A stretch of DNA of 64,000 nt, from assembly GCA_964035545.1 (NCBI GenBank), contig OZ037770.1, positions 7,310,027 to 7,374,026 on the forward strand, in the 5' to 3' direction. Below the pieces are notes generated by a model. It searched no databases. It was not told the origin of the DNA and saw only the letters and a program-made list of their open reading frames with translations. Positions 39,132 through 54,100 of the stretch are shown piece by piece. The DNA is from Bugula neritina (taxonomy: Eukaryota > Animalia > Bryozoa). The position numbers were made by a program, and so were the translations under genes. Positions within the stretch are counted from its first letter, which is position 1. The number at the start of each line of letters is the position of its first letter.

Positions 39132-42100
39132 TGTTGCAGTGTATTTCAATATGTTACAGTGTATTTCAGTATATTTCAGTATGCCGCTGTGTAATTCAGT
39201 ATGTTGCAGTATATTTCAGTAGGTTGTCGTATGTTTCAGCATTTTACAGTACATTTCTGTATATTACAGTATAATTGAATGTGTTGCAATGTATTTCAAT
39301 ATGTTACAGTGTATTTCAGTATGTTGCAGTATGCTGCAGTGTAATTATGCATGTTGCAGTACATTTCAGTATGTTGACGTATGTTTCAGTATGTTACAGT
39401 ACATTTCTGTATATTACAGTCTACTCCAGTGTGTTGCAGTGTATTTCAGTATGCTACAGCATAATATTTCACTATGTTGCAGTATATTTCAATGTCTCGC
39501 AGTATATTTCAGTATGGTTCAGTATGTTTCAGTGTGTTGCAGTATATTTCAATGTGTTGCAGTGTTTTTCAATATGTTACAGTGTATTTCAGTATGTTGC
39601 AGTATGTTGCAGTGTATTTCAGTATGTGACAGTGTATTTCAGTATGTTGAGTGTTATTGGGTAAGTTGCAGTATATTTCAGTATGTTGCAGTATGTTTCA
39701 GTATGTTACAACATAATTAAGTATTTTGCCGTATATTTCAGTGTGTTGCAGTATATTTCATTATGTTGCAGTATGTTTCGGTATGTTCCAGTATAATTCA
39801 GTATGTTTCTCAATGTTTCAGTATATTTCAGTATGTTACAGTACATGTCCGTATATTACGATATACTTCGATGTGTTGCAGTATATTTCATTATTTTGCA
39901 GTATGTTTCAGTGTGTTGCAGTGTATTTCAATATGTTACAGTTTATTTCAGTGTGTTGCAGTCTATTTCAGTTTGTTACGGTGTAGTTCAGTATGTTGCA
40001 GTATGTTGCAATATGTTGCAGTATATTTAAGTATGTTACAGTATATTGCAGTATGTTACAGTACATTTCCGTATATTACACTATATTTCAGTGAGTTGCA
40101 GTGTAGTTCAGTGTGCTGCAGCATATTTCAGTATGGTGCAGTGTTTTTCAATATGTTACAGTATGTTTCACTATATTACTGTATATTTAGGTATGTTGCA
40201 GTTTATTATAATGTGTTGCGGTGTATTTCATTATGTTACAGTGTATTTCAGTATGTTGCAGTATGTTGCAGGATATTTCAGTACGTTGCAGTATATTTCA
40301 GTATGTTGAAGTATGTTTCAGTGTGTTGCAGTATATTTCAATGTGTTGCAGTGTATTTCAATATGTTACAGTGTAATTCAGTATGTTGCAGTATGTTGCA
40401 GTATGTTGCAGTGTATTTCAGTATGTTACAGTGGATTTCGGTATGTTGCAGTATTTTGCAGTATATTTCAGTGTGTTGCAGTATATTTCAGTATGTTGCC
40501 GAGTGTTTCAGTATGTTGCAGTATGTTTTAGTATGTTACAGTATATTTCAGTATGTTGCAGTGTAATTCAGTATGTTACAGTATATTTCAGTAGTTTATC
40601 ATAAATTCTGGTATGTTGCAGTATAATTTAATATGTTGCAGTGTATTTCAATATGTTACAGTGTATTTTAGTATATTTCAGTATGTTGCTGTGTAATTAT
40701 GCATGTTGCAGTACATTTCAGTATGTTGACGTATGTTTCAGTATGTTACAGTACATTTCTGTATATTACAGTCTACTCCAGTGTGTTGCAGTGTATTTCA
40801 GTATGCTACAGCATAATATTTCACTATGTTGCAGTATATTTCAATGTCTCGCAGTATATTTCAATGTGTTGCAGTGTTTTTCAATATGTTACAGTGTATG
40901 TCAGTATGTTGCAGTATGTTGCAGTGTATTTCAGTATGTGACAGTGTATTTCAGTATGTTGCAGCGTGATTGGGTATGTTGCAGTATATTTCAGTATGTT
41001 GTCGTATGTTTCAGTATTTTACAGTACATTTCTGTATATTACAGTATATTTCAGTCTGTTGCAGTGTATTTCAGCATGTTGCAGTATGTTGCAGTGTAAT
41101 TCAGTATGTTACAGTGTATTTCAGTATGTTGTAGTATATTTCATCATGTTGCAGTACATTTCAGTATGTTGACGTATGTTTCTGTATGTTACAGTACATT
41201 TCTGTATATTACAGTATACTTCAGTGTATTTCAGTATGCTACAGAATATTTCAGTATGTTGCAGTATATTTCAGTAGGTTGAAGTATATTTCAGTATGTT
41301 GCAGTATGTTTCAGTATGTTACAACATAATTCACTATTTTGCCGTATATTTCAGTGTGTTACAGTATATTTCATTATGTTGCAGTATGTTTCGGTATGTT
41401 CCAGTATAATTCAGTATGTTTCTCAATGTTTCAGTATTATTTCAGTATGTTACAGTACATGTCCGTATATTACGATATACTTCGATATGTTGCAGTATAT
41501 TTCAGTATTTTGCAGTATGTTTCAGTGTGTTGCAGTGTATTTCAATATGTTGCAGTTTATTTCAGTATGTTGCAGTCTATTTCAGTTTGTTACAGTGTAG
41601 TTCAGTATGTTGCTGTATGTTGCAGTATGTTGCAGTATATTTAAGTATGTTACAGTATATTGCAGTATGTTACAGTACATTTCCGGATATTACACTATAT
41701 TTCAGTGAGTTGCAGTGTATTTCAGTGTCCTGCAGCATATTTCAGTACGGTGCAGTGTTTTTCAATATGTTACAGTATGTTTCACTATATTACTGTATGT
41801 TTAGGTATGTTGCAGTTTATTATAATGTGTTGCAGTGTATTTCATTATGTTACAGTGTATTTCAGTATGTTGCAGTATGTTGCAGGATATTTCAGTATGT
41901 TGCAGTATATTTCAGTATGTTGAAGTATGTTTCAGTGTGTTGCAGTATATTTCAATGTGTTGCAGTGTAATTCAATATGTTACAGTGTAATTCAGTATGT
42001 TGCAGTATGTTACAGTATGTTGCAGTGTATTTCAGTATGTTACAGTGGATTTCGGTAGGTTGCAGTATTTTGCAGTATATTTCAGTGTGTTGCAGTATAT

Positions 42101-45100
42101 TTCAGTATGTTGCCGAGTGTTTCAGTATGTTGCAGTATGTTTTAGTATGTTACAGTATATTTCAGTATGTTGCAGTGTAATTCAGTATGTTACAGTATAT
42201 TTCAGTAGTTTATCATAAATTCCGGTATGTTGCAGTATAATTTAATATGTTGCAGTGTATTTCAATATATTACAGTGTATTTCAGTATATTTCAGTATGT
42301 TGCTGTGTAATTATGCATGTTGCAGTACATTTCAGTATGTTGACGTATGTTTCAGTATGTTACAGTACATTTCTGTATATTACAGTCTACTCAAGTGTGT
42401 TGCAGGGTATTTCAGTATGCTAGAGCATAATATTTCACTATGTTGCAGTATATTTCAATGTCTCGCAGTATATTTCAATGTGTTGCAGTGTTTTTCAATA
42501 TGTTACAGTGTATGTCAGTATGTTGCAGTATGTTGCAGTGTATTTCAGTATGTGACAGTGTATTTCAGTATGTTGCAGTGTGATTGGGTATGTTGCAGTA
42601 TATTTCAGTATGTTGTCGTATGTTTCAGTATTTTACAGTACATTTCTGTATATTACAGTATATTTCAGTCTGTTGCAGTTTATTCCAATGTGTCGCAGTT
42701 CATTTCAGTATGTTACAGTGTATTTCAATATGTTGCAGTATGTTGCAGTGAATTCATTATGTTACAGTGTATTTCAGTATGTTGCAGTCTATTTCAGTAT
42801 GTTACAGTGTATTTCAGTATGTTGCAGTATATTTCAGCATGTTGCAGTACATTTCAGTATGTTGACGTATGTTTCTGTATGTTACAGTATGTTACAGTAC
42901 ATTTCTGTATATTACAGTATACTTCAGTGTATTTCAGTATGCTACAGCATATTTCAGTATGTTGCAGTATATTTCAGTAGGTTGAAGTATATTTCAGTAT
43001 GTTGCAGTATGTTTCAGTATGTTACAACATAATTCAGTATTTTGCCGTATATTTCAGTGTGTTACAGTATATTTCATTATGTTGCAGTATGTTTCGATAT
43101 GTTCCAGTATAATTCAGTATGTTTCTCAATGTTTCAGTATTATTTCAGTATGTTACAGTACATGTCCGTATATTACGATATACTTCGATATGTTGCAGTA
43201 TATTTCAGTATTTTGCAGTATGTTTCAGTGTGTTGCAGTGTATTTCAATATGTTACAGTTTAGTTCAGTATGTTGCAGTCTATTTCAGTTTGTTACAGAG
43301 TAGTTCAGTATGTTGCACTATGTTGCAGTATGTTGCAGTATATTTAAGTATGTTACAGTATATTGCAGTATGTTACAGTACATTTCCGGATATTACACTA
43401 TATTTCAGTGAGTTGCAGTGTATTTCAGTGTCCTGCAGCATATTTCAGTACGGTGCAGTGTTTTTCAATATGTTACAGTATGTTTCTTTATATTACTGTA
43501 TGTTTAGGTATGTTGCAGTTTATTATAATGTGTTGCAGTGTATTTCATTATGTTACAGTGTATTTCAGTATGTTGCAGTATGTTGCAGGATATTTCAGTG
43601 TGTTGCAGTATATTTTAATGTGTTGCAGTGTAATTCAATATGTTACAGTGTAATTCAGTATGTTGCAGTATGTTGCAGTATGTTGCAGTGTATTTCAGTA
43701 TGTTACAGTGGATTTCGGTAGGTTGCAGTATTTTGCAGTATATTTCAGTGTGTTGCAGTATATTTCAGTATGTTGCCGAGTGTTTCAGTATGTTGCAGTA
43801 TGTTGCAGTATGTTACAGTATATTTCAGTATGTTGCAGTGCAGTTCAGTATGTTACGGTATATTTCAGTAGTTTACCATAAATTCCGGTATGTTGCAGTA
43901 TAATTGAATGTGTTGCAGTGTATTTCAATATGTTACAGTGTATTTCAGTATATTTCAGTATGTTGCTGTGTAATTCAGTATGTTGCAGTATATTTCAGTA
44001 GGTTGTCGTATGTTTCAGCATTTTACAGTACATTTCTGTATATTACAGTATAATTGAATGTGTTGCAATGTATTTCAATATGTTACAGTGTATTTCAGTA
44101 TGTTGCAGTATGCTGCAGTGTAATTTTGCATGTTGCAGTACATTTCAGTATGTTGACGTATGTTTCAGTATGTTACAGTACATTTCTGTATATTACAGTC
44201 TACTCCAGTGTGTTGCAGTGTATTTCAGTATGCTACAGCATAATATTTCACTATGTTGCAGTATATTTCAATGTCTCGCAGTATATTTCAGTATGTTTCA
44301 GTATGTTTCAGTGTGTTGCAGTATATTTCAATGTGTTGCAGTGTTTTTCAACATGTTGCAGTGTATTTCAGTATGTTGCAGTATGTTGCAGTGTATTTCA
44401 GTATGTGACAGTGTATTTCAGTATGTTGAGTGTTATTGGGTATGTTGCAGTATATTTCAGTATGTTGTCGTATGTTTCAGTATTTTACAGTACATTTCTG
44501 TATATTACAGTATCTTTCAGTCTGTTGCAGTGTATTTCAGTATGTTGCAGTATGTTGCAGTGGTTTTCAATGTGTTACAGTATATTTCAGTATATTACCG
44601 TAAACTTAGGTATGTTGCAGTTTATTCCAATGTGTTGCAGTTCATTTCAGTATGTTACAGTGTATTTCAGTATGTGACAGTTTGTTGCAGTTTATTTCAG
44701 TAGGTTGAAGTATATTTCAGTATGTTGCAGTATGTTTCAGTATGTTACAACATAATTCAGTATTTTGCCGTATATTTCAGTGTGTTACAGTATATTTCAT
44801 TATGTTGCAGTATGTTTCGGTATGTTCCAGTATAATTCAGTATGTTTCTCAATGTTTCAGTATATTTCAGTATGTTACAGTACATGTCCGTATATTACGA
44901 TATACTTCGATATGTTGCAGCATATTTCAGTATTTTGCAGTATGTTTCAGTGTGTTGCAGTCTATTTCAATATGTTACAGTTTATTTCAGTATGTTGCAG
45001 TCTATTTCAGTTTGTTACAGTGTAGTTCAGTATGTTGCAGTATGTTGCAGTATGTTGCAGTATATTTAAGTACGTTACAGTATATTGCAGTATGTTACAG

Positions 45101-48100
45101 TACATTTCTGTATATTACACTATATTTCAGTGAGTTGCAGTGTATTTCAGTGTGCTGCAGCATATTTCAGTATGGTGCAGTGTTTTTCAATATGTTACAG
45201 TATGTTTCACTATATTACTGTATATTTAGGTATGTTGCAGTTCATTATAATGTGTTGCAGTGTATTTCATTATGTTACAGTGTATTTCAGTATGTTGCAG
45301 TATGTTGCAGGATATTTCAGTATGTTGCAGTATATTTCAGTATGTTGAAGTATGTTTCAATGTGTTGCAGTGTATTTTAATATGTTACAGTGTAATTCAG
45401 TATGTTGCAGTATGTTGCAGTGTATTTCAGTATGTTACAGTGGATTTCGGTATGTTGCAGTATTTTGCAGTATATTTCAGTGTGTTGCAGTATATTTCAG
45501 TATGTTGCCGAGTGTTTCAGTATTTTGCAGTATGTTTTAGTATGTTACAGTATATTTCAGTATGTTGCAGTGTAATTCAGTATGTTACGGTATATTTCAG
45601 TAGTTTACCATAAATTCCGGTATCTTGCAGTATAATTGAATGTGTTGCAGTGTGTTTCAATATGTTACAGTGTATTTCAGTATATTTCAGTATGTTGCTG
45701 TGTAATTCAGTATGTTGCAGTATATTTCAGTAGGTTGTCGTATGTTTCAGCATTTTACAGTACATTTCTGTATATTACAGTATAATTGAATGTGTTGCAA
45801 TGTATTTCAATATGTTACAGTGTATTTCAGTATGTTGCAGTATGCTGCAGTGTAATTATGCATGTTGCAGTACATTTCAGTATGTTGACGTATGTTTCAG
45901 TATGTTACAGTACATTTCTGTATATTACAGTCTACTCCAGTGTGTTGCAGTGTAATTCAGTATGCTACAGCATAATATTTCACTATGTTGCAGTATATTT
46001 CAATGTCTCGCAGTATATGTCAGTATGTTTCAGTATGTTTCAGTGTGTTGCAGTATATTTCAATGTGTTGCAGTGTTTTTCAATATGTTACAGTGTATTT
46101 CAGTATGTTGCAGTTTGTTGCAGTGTATTTCAGTATGTGACAGTGTATTTCAGTATGTTGCAGTGTGATTGGGTATGTTGCAGTATATTTCAGTATGTTG
46201 TCGTATGTTTCAGCATTTTACAGTACATTTCTGTATATTACAGTATAATTGAATGTGTTGCAGTGTATTTCAATATGTTACACTGTATTTCAGTAACTTG
46301 CAGTATGCTGCAGTGTAATTATGCATGTTACAGTACATTTCAGCATGTTGACGTATGTTTCAGTATGTTACAGTACATATCTGTATATTACAGTCTACTC
46401 CAGTGTGTTGCAGTGTATTTCAGTATGCTACAGCATATTTGACTATGTTGCAGTATATTTCAATGTGTTGCAGTGTTTTTCAATATGTTACAGTGTATTT
46501 CAGTATGTTGCAGTATGTTGCAGTGTTATTCAGTATGTTACAGTGTATTTCAGTATGTTGTAGTATATTTCAGCATGGTGCAGTACATTTCAGTATGTTG
46601 ACGTATGTTTCAGTATGTTACAGTACATTTCTGTATATTACAGTATACTTCAGTGTATTTCAGTATGCTACAGCATATTTCAGTATGTTGCAGTATATTT
46701 CAATGTGTTGCAGTATCTTTCAGTGTTTTGCCGAATGTATCAGTATGTTGCAGTATATTTCAATGTGTTGCAGTGTATAGCAATATGTTACAGTGTATTT
46801 CGGTAGGTTGCGGTCTATTTCAGTATGTTACAGCATATTTCAGTGTGTTGCAGTATGTTGCAGTATATTTCAGTATGTTACAGTATATTTCAGTATGTTA
46901 CAGTACATTTCCGTATATTACACTATATTTCAGTGAGTTGAGGTGTATTTCAGTGTGCTAGAGCATATTTCAGTATGATGCAGTGTTTTTCAATGTGTTA
47001 CAGTATATTTCAGTATATTACCGTATATTTAGGTGTGTTGCAGTATATTTCACTGTGTTGCAGTGTATTTCAATATGTTACAGTGTATTTCAGTATGTTG
47101 CAGTATGTTGCAGGATATTTCAGTATGTTGCAGTATATCTCAGTATGTCGAAGTATGTTTCAGTGCGTTGCAGTATATTTCAATGTGTTGCAGTGTATTT
47201 CAATATGTTACAGTGTAATTCAGTATGTTGCAGTATGTTGCAGTATGTTGCAATATGTTGCAGTGTATTTCACTATGTTACAGTGGATTTCGGTACGTTG
47301 CAGTATTTTGCAGTATATTTCGGTGTGTTGCAGTGTATTTCAGTATGTTGCCGAGTGTTTCAGTATGTTGCAGTATGTTTTAGTATGTTACAGTATATTT
47401 CAGTATGTTGCAGTGTAATTCAGTATGTTACAGTATATTTCAGTAGTTTAGCATAAATTTCGGTATGTTGCAGTATAATTGAATGTGTTGCAGTGTATTT
47501 CAATATCTTACAGTGTATTTCAATATATTTCAGTATGTTGCTGTGTAATTCGGTATGTTGCAGTATATTTCAGTAGGTTGTCGTATGTGTCAGCATTTTA
47601 CAGTACATTTCTGTATATTACAGTATAATTGAATGTGTTGCAGTGTATTTCAATATGTTACAGTGTATTTCAGTATGTTGCAGTATGCTGCAGTGTAATT
47701 ATGCATGTTGCAGTACATTTCAGCATGTTGACGTATGTTTCAGTATGTTACAGTACATTTCTGTATATTACAGTCTACTTCAGTGTGTTGCAGTGTATTT
47801 CAGTATGCTACAGCATATTTCACTATGTTGCAGTATATTTCAATGTCTCGCAGTATATGTCAGTATGTTTCAGTATGTTTCAGTATTTTACAGTACATTT
47901 CTGTATATTACAGTATATTTCAGTCTGTTGCAGTGTATTTCAGTATGTTGCAGTATGTTGCAGTGTAATCCAGTATGTTACGGTGTATTTCAGTATGTTG
48001 TAGTATATTTCAGCATGTTGCAGTACATTTCAGTATGTTGACGTATATTTCAGTATGTTACAGTACATTTCTGTATGTTACAGTATACTTCAGTGTATTT

Positions 48101-51100
48101 CAGTATGCTACAGCATATTTCAGTATGTTGCAGTATATTTCAATGTGTTGCAGTATATTTAAGTATTTTCCGAATGTTTCAGTAGGTTGCAGCATATTTC
48201 AGCGTGTTGCAGTGTATTTCAATATGTTACAGTGTATTTCAGTATGTTGCGGTCTATGTCAGTATGTTACAGCGTATTTCAGTGTGTTGCAGTATGTTGC
48301 AGTATATTTCAGTATGTTACAGTATATTTCAGTATGTTACAGTACATTTCCGTATATTACTCTATATTTCAGTGAGTTGAGGTGTATTTCAGTGTGCTAG
48401 AGCATATTTCAGTATGGTGCAGTGTTTTTCAATGTGTTACAGTATATTTCAGTATATTACCGTATATTTAGGTATGTTGCTGTTTATTCCAATGTTTTGC
48501 AGTGTATTTCATTATGTTACAGTGTATTTCAGTATGTTGCAGCATGTTGCAGAATATTTCAGTATGTTGCAGTGTATTTCAGTATGTTGCAGTATGTTTC
48601 AGTATGTTACAACATAATTCAGTATTTTGCCGTACATTTCAGTGTGTTACAGTATACTTCGGTATGTTACAGTATGTTTCGGTATGTTCCAGTATATTTC
48701 AGTATGTTTCAGTATGTTTCAGTATGTTTCAGTGTGTTGCAGTATATTTCACTGTGTTGCAGTGTATTTCAATATGTTACAGTGTATTTCAGTATGTTGC
48801 AGTGTGATTCAGTATGTTACAGTATATTTCAGTATGTTGTCATATGTTTCAGTATTTTACAGTACATTTCTGTATACTACAGTATACTTCAGTGTGTTGC
48901 AGTGTATTTCAGTATGTTGCAGTATGATTCAGTGTAATTCAGTATGTTCAAGTGTGTTTCAGTATGTTGCAGTATTATTCAGCATGCTGCAGTACATTTC
49001 AGTATGTTGACGTATGTTTCAGTATGTTACAGTACATTTCTGTATACTACAATATACTTCAGTGTGTTACAGTGTGTTTCAGTATGTTGCAGTATGTTGC
49101 AGTGTAATTCAGTATATTACAGTGTATTTAAGTATGTTGCAGTCTATTTCAGTATGTTACAGTGTATTTAAGTATGTCGCAGTATGTTGCAGTATATTCC
49201 AGTATGTTACAGTGTATTTCGGTATGTTGCAGTATATTTTAGTAGTTTGCAACATAATTCAGTATGTTACCATAAATTTCGGTTTGTTGCAGTATATTTC
49301 AATGTCTCGCAGTATATGTCAGTATGTTGTCGTGTGTTTCAGTATTTTACAGTACATTTCTGTATATTACAGTATATTTCAGTCTGTTGCAGTGTATTTC
49401 AGTATGTGACAGTGTAATTCAGTATGTTGCTGTGTGATTGGGTATGTTGCAGTATATTTCAGTATGTTGCAGCATATTTCAGTATGTTACAGTACATTTC
49501 CGTGTATTACACTATGTTTCAGTGAGTTGAGGTGTATTTCAGTGTGCTAGAGCATATTTCAGTATGGTGCAGTGTTTTTCAATGTGTTACAGTATATTTC
49601 AGTATATTACCGTATATTTAGGTATGTTGCTGTTTATTCCAATGTTTTGCAGTGTATTTCATTATGTTACAGTGTATTTCAGTATGTTGCAGCATGTTGC
49701 AGAATATTTCAGTATGTTGCAGTGTATTTCAGTATGTTGCAGTATGTTTCAGTATGTTACAACATAATTCAGTATTTTGCCGTACATTTCAGTGTGTTAC
49801 AGTATACTTCGGTATGTTACAGTATGTTTCGGTATGTTCCAGTATATTTCAGTATGTTTCAGTATGTTTCAGTATGTTTCAGTGTGTTGCAGTGTATTTC
49901 ACTGTGTTGCAGTGTATTTCAATATGTTACAGGGTATTTCAGTATGTTGCAGTGTGATTCAGTATGTTACAGTATATTTCAGTATGTTGTCATATGTTTC
50001 AGTATTTTACAGTACATTTCTGTATACTACAGTATACTTCAGTGTGTTGCAGTGTATTTCAGTATGTTGCAGTATGATTCAGTGTAATTCAGTATGTTCA
50101 AGTGTGTTTCAGTATGTTGCAGTATTATTCAGCATGCTGCAGTACATTTCAGTATGTTGACGTATGTTTCAGTATGTTACAGTACATTTCTGTATACTAC
50201 AATATACTTCAGTGTGTTACAGTGTGTTTCAGTATGTTGCAGTATGTTGCAGTGTAATTCAGTATATTACAGTGTATTTAAGTATGTTGCAGTCTATTTC
50301 AGTATGTTACAGTGTATTTAAGTATGTCGCAGTATGTTGCAGTATATTCCAGTATGTTACAGTGTATTTCGGTATGTTGCAGTATATTTTAGTAGTTTGC
50401 AACATAATTCAGTATGTTACCATAAATTTCGGTTTGTTGCAGTATATTTCAATGTCTCGCAGTATATGTCAGTATGTTGTCGTGTGTTTCAGTATTTTAC
50501 AGTACATTTCTGTATATTACAGTATATTTCAGTCTGTTGCAGTGTATTTCAGTATGTTGCAGTATGTTGCAGTGTAATTCAGTATGTTACAGTGTATTTC
50601 AGTATGTTGTAGTATATTTCAGCATGCTGCAGTGCATTTCAGTATGTTGACGTATGTTTCAGTATGTTACAGTACATGTCCATATTATACGATATACTTC
50701 GATTTGTTGCAGTATATTTCAGTATGTTGCAGTATGTTTCAGTGTGTTGCAGTGTGATTCAACATGTTACAGTGTATTTCAGTATGCTACAGCATATTTC
50801 ACTATGTTGCAGTATATTTCAATGTTTCGCAGTATATTTCAGTATGTTTCAGTATGTTTTAGTGTGTTGCAGTACATTTCAATGTGTTGCAGTGTATTTC
50901 AATATGTAACAGGTTTTTTCAGTATGTTGCAGTATGTTGCAGTGTATTTCAGTATGTTGCGGTCTATTTCAGTATGTTACAGCGTATTTCAGTGTGTTGC
51001 AGTATGTTGCAGTATATTTCAGTATGTTGCAGTATATTTCAGTATGTTACAGTACATTTCCGTATATTACACTATATTTCAGTGAGTTGAGGTGTATTTC

Positions 51101-54100
51101 AGTGTGCTAGAGCATGTTTCAGTATGATGCAGTGTTTTTCAATGTGTTACAGTATATTTCAGTATATTACCGTATATTTAGGTGTGTTGCAGTATATTTC
51201 ACTGTGTTGCAGTGTATTTCAATATGTTACAGTGTATTTCAGTATGTTGCAGTATGTTGCAGGATATTTCAGTATGTTGCAGTATATTTCAGTATGTGGA
51301 AGTATGTTTCAGTGCGTTGCAGTATATTTCAATGTGTTGCAGTGTATTTCAATATGTTACAGTGTAATTCAGTATGTTGCAGTATGTTGCAGTATGTTGC
51401 AGTGTATTTCACTATGTTACAGTGGATTTCGGTACGTTGCAGTATTTTGCAGTATATTTCAGTGTGTTGCAGTGTATTTCAGTATGTTGTCGAGTGTTTC
51501 AGTATGTTGCAGTATGTTTTAGTATGTTACAGTATATTTCAGTATGTTGCAGTGTAATTCAGTATGTTACAGTATATTTCAGTAGTTTACCATAAATTTC
51601 GGTATGTTGCAGTATAATTGAATGTGTTGCAGTGTATTTCAATATGTTACAGTGTATTTCAATATATTTCAGTATGTTGCTGTGTAATTCAGTATGTTGC
51701 AGTATATTTCAGTAGGTTGTCGTATGTGTCAGCATTTTACAGTACATTTCTGTATATTACAGTATAATTGAATGTGTTGCAGTGTATTTCAATATGTTAC
51801 AGTGTATTTCAGTATGTTGCAGTATGCTGCAGTGTAATTATGCATGTTGCAGTACATTTCAGCATGTTGACGTATGTTTCAGTATGTTACAGTACATTTC
51901 TGTATATTACAGTCTACTCCAGTGTGTTGCAGTGTATTTCAGTATGCTACAGCATAATATTTCACTATGTTGCAGTATATTTCAATGTCTCGCAGTATAT
52001 TTCAGTATGTTTCAGTATGTTTCAGTGTGTTGCAGTATATTTCAATGTGTTGCAGTGTATTTCGATATGTTACAGTGTAATTCAGTATGTTGCAGTATGT
52101 TGCAGGATATTTCAGTACGTTGCAGTATATTTCAGTATGTTGAAGTATGTTTCAGTGTGTTGCAGTGTATTTCAATATGTTACAGTGTAATTCAGTATGT
52201 TGCAGTATGTTGCAGTGTGTTGCAGTATATTTCAATGTGTTTCAGTGTATTTCAATATGTTACAGTGTATTCCAGCATGCTGCAGTGCATTTCAGTATGT
52301 TGACGTATGTTTCAGTATGTTACAGTACATGTCCGTATATTACGATATACTTCGATTTGTTGCAGTATATTTCAGTATGTTGCAGTATGTTTCAGTGTGT
52401 TGCAGTGTGATTCAACATGTTACAGTGTATTTCAGTATGCTACAGCATATTTCACTATGTTGCAGTATATTTCAATGTTTCGCAGTATATTTCAGTATGT
52501 TTCAGTATGTTTCAGTATTTTACAGTACATTTCTGTATGTTTCAGCAAGTTGCAGTGTATTTCAGTGTGCTACACAATATTTCAGTATGTTGCAGTGTTT
52601 TTCAATGTGTTACAGTATATTTCAGTATATTACCGTAAATTTAGGTATGTTGCAGTTTATTCCAATGTGTTGCAGTTCATTTCAGTATGTTACAGTGTAT
52701 TTCAGTATGTGACAGTATGTTGCAGTATATTTCTGTAGGTTGAAGTATATTTCAGTATGTTGCAGTATGTTTCAGTATGTTACAACATAATTCAGTATTT
52801 TGCCGTATATTTCAGTGTGTTACAGTATATTTCATTATGTTGCAGTATGTTTCGGTATGTTCCAGTATAATTCAGTATGTTTCACAATGTTTCAGTATAT
52901 TTCAGTATGTTACAGTACATGTCCGTATATTACGATATACTTCGATATGTTGCAGTATATTTCAGTATTTTGCAGTATGTTTCAGTGTGTTGCAGTGTAT
53001 TTCAATATGTTACAGTTGGTTTCAGTATGTTGCAGTCTTTTTCAGTTTGTTACAGTGTAGTTCAGTATGTTGTAGTATGTTGCAGTATGTTGCAGCATGT
53101 TGCAGTATATTTAAGTATGTTACAGTATATTGCAGTATGTTACAGTACATTTCCGTATATTACACTATATTTCAGTGAGTTGCAGTGTGTTTCAGTGTGC
53201 TGCAGCATATTTCAGTATGGTGCAGTGTTTTTTAATATGTTACAGTATGTTTCACTATATTACTGTATATTTAGGTATGTTGCAGTTTATTATAATGTGT
53301 TGCAGTGTATTTCAGCATGTTACAGTGTATTTCAGTATGTTGTAGTATGTTGCAGTGTATCTCAGTATGTCACTGTGTATTTTAGTATGTTGCAGTTTCT
53401 TGCATTAAATTTCAGTATGTTGCAGTATATTTCAATGTGTCGCATTATGTTTCAGTATGTTGCCGTATGTTTCAGTGTGTTGCAGTACATTTCTGTGTAT
53501 TACAGTCTACTTCAGTGTGTTGCAGTGTATTTCAGTATGCTACAGCATATTTCACTATGTTGCAGTATATTTCAATGTCTCGCAGTATATTTCAGTACGT
53601 TTCAGTATGTTTCAGTGTGTTGCAGTATATTTCAATGTGTTGCAGTGTTTTTCAATATGTTACAGTGTATTTCAGTATGTTGCAGTATGTTGCAGTGTAT
53701 TTCAGTATGTGACAGTGTAATTCAGTATGTTGCTGTGTGATTGGGTATGTTGCAGTATATTTCAGTATGTTGTCGTATGTTTCAGTATTTTACAGTACAT
53801 TTCTGTATGTTACAGTTTATTTCAGTCTGTTGCAGTGTATTTCAGTATGTTGCAGTATGTTGCAGTGTTATTCAGTATGTTACAGTGTATTTCAGTATGT
53901 TGTAGTATATTTCAGCATGGTGCAGTACATTTCAGTATGTTGACGTATGTTTCAGTATGTTACAGTACATTTCTGTATATTACAGTATACTTCAGTGTAT
54001 TTCAGTATGCTACAGCATATTTCAGTATGGTGCAGTATATTTCAATGTGTTGCAGTATATTTCAGTGTTTTGCCGAATGTTTCAGTATGTTGCAGTATAT

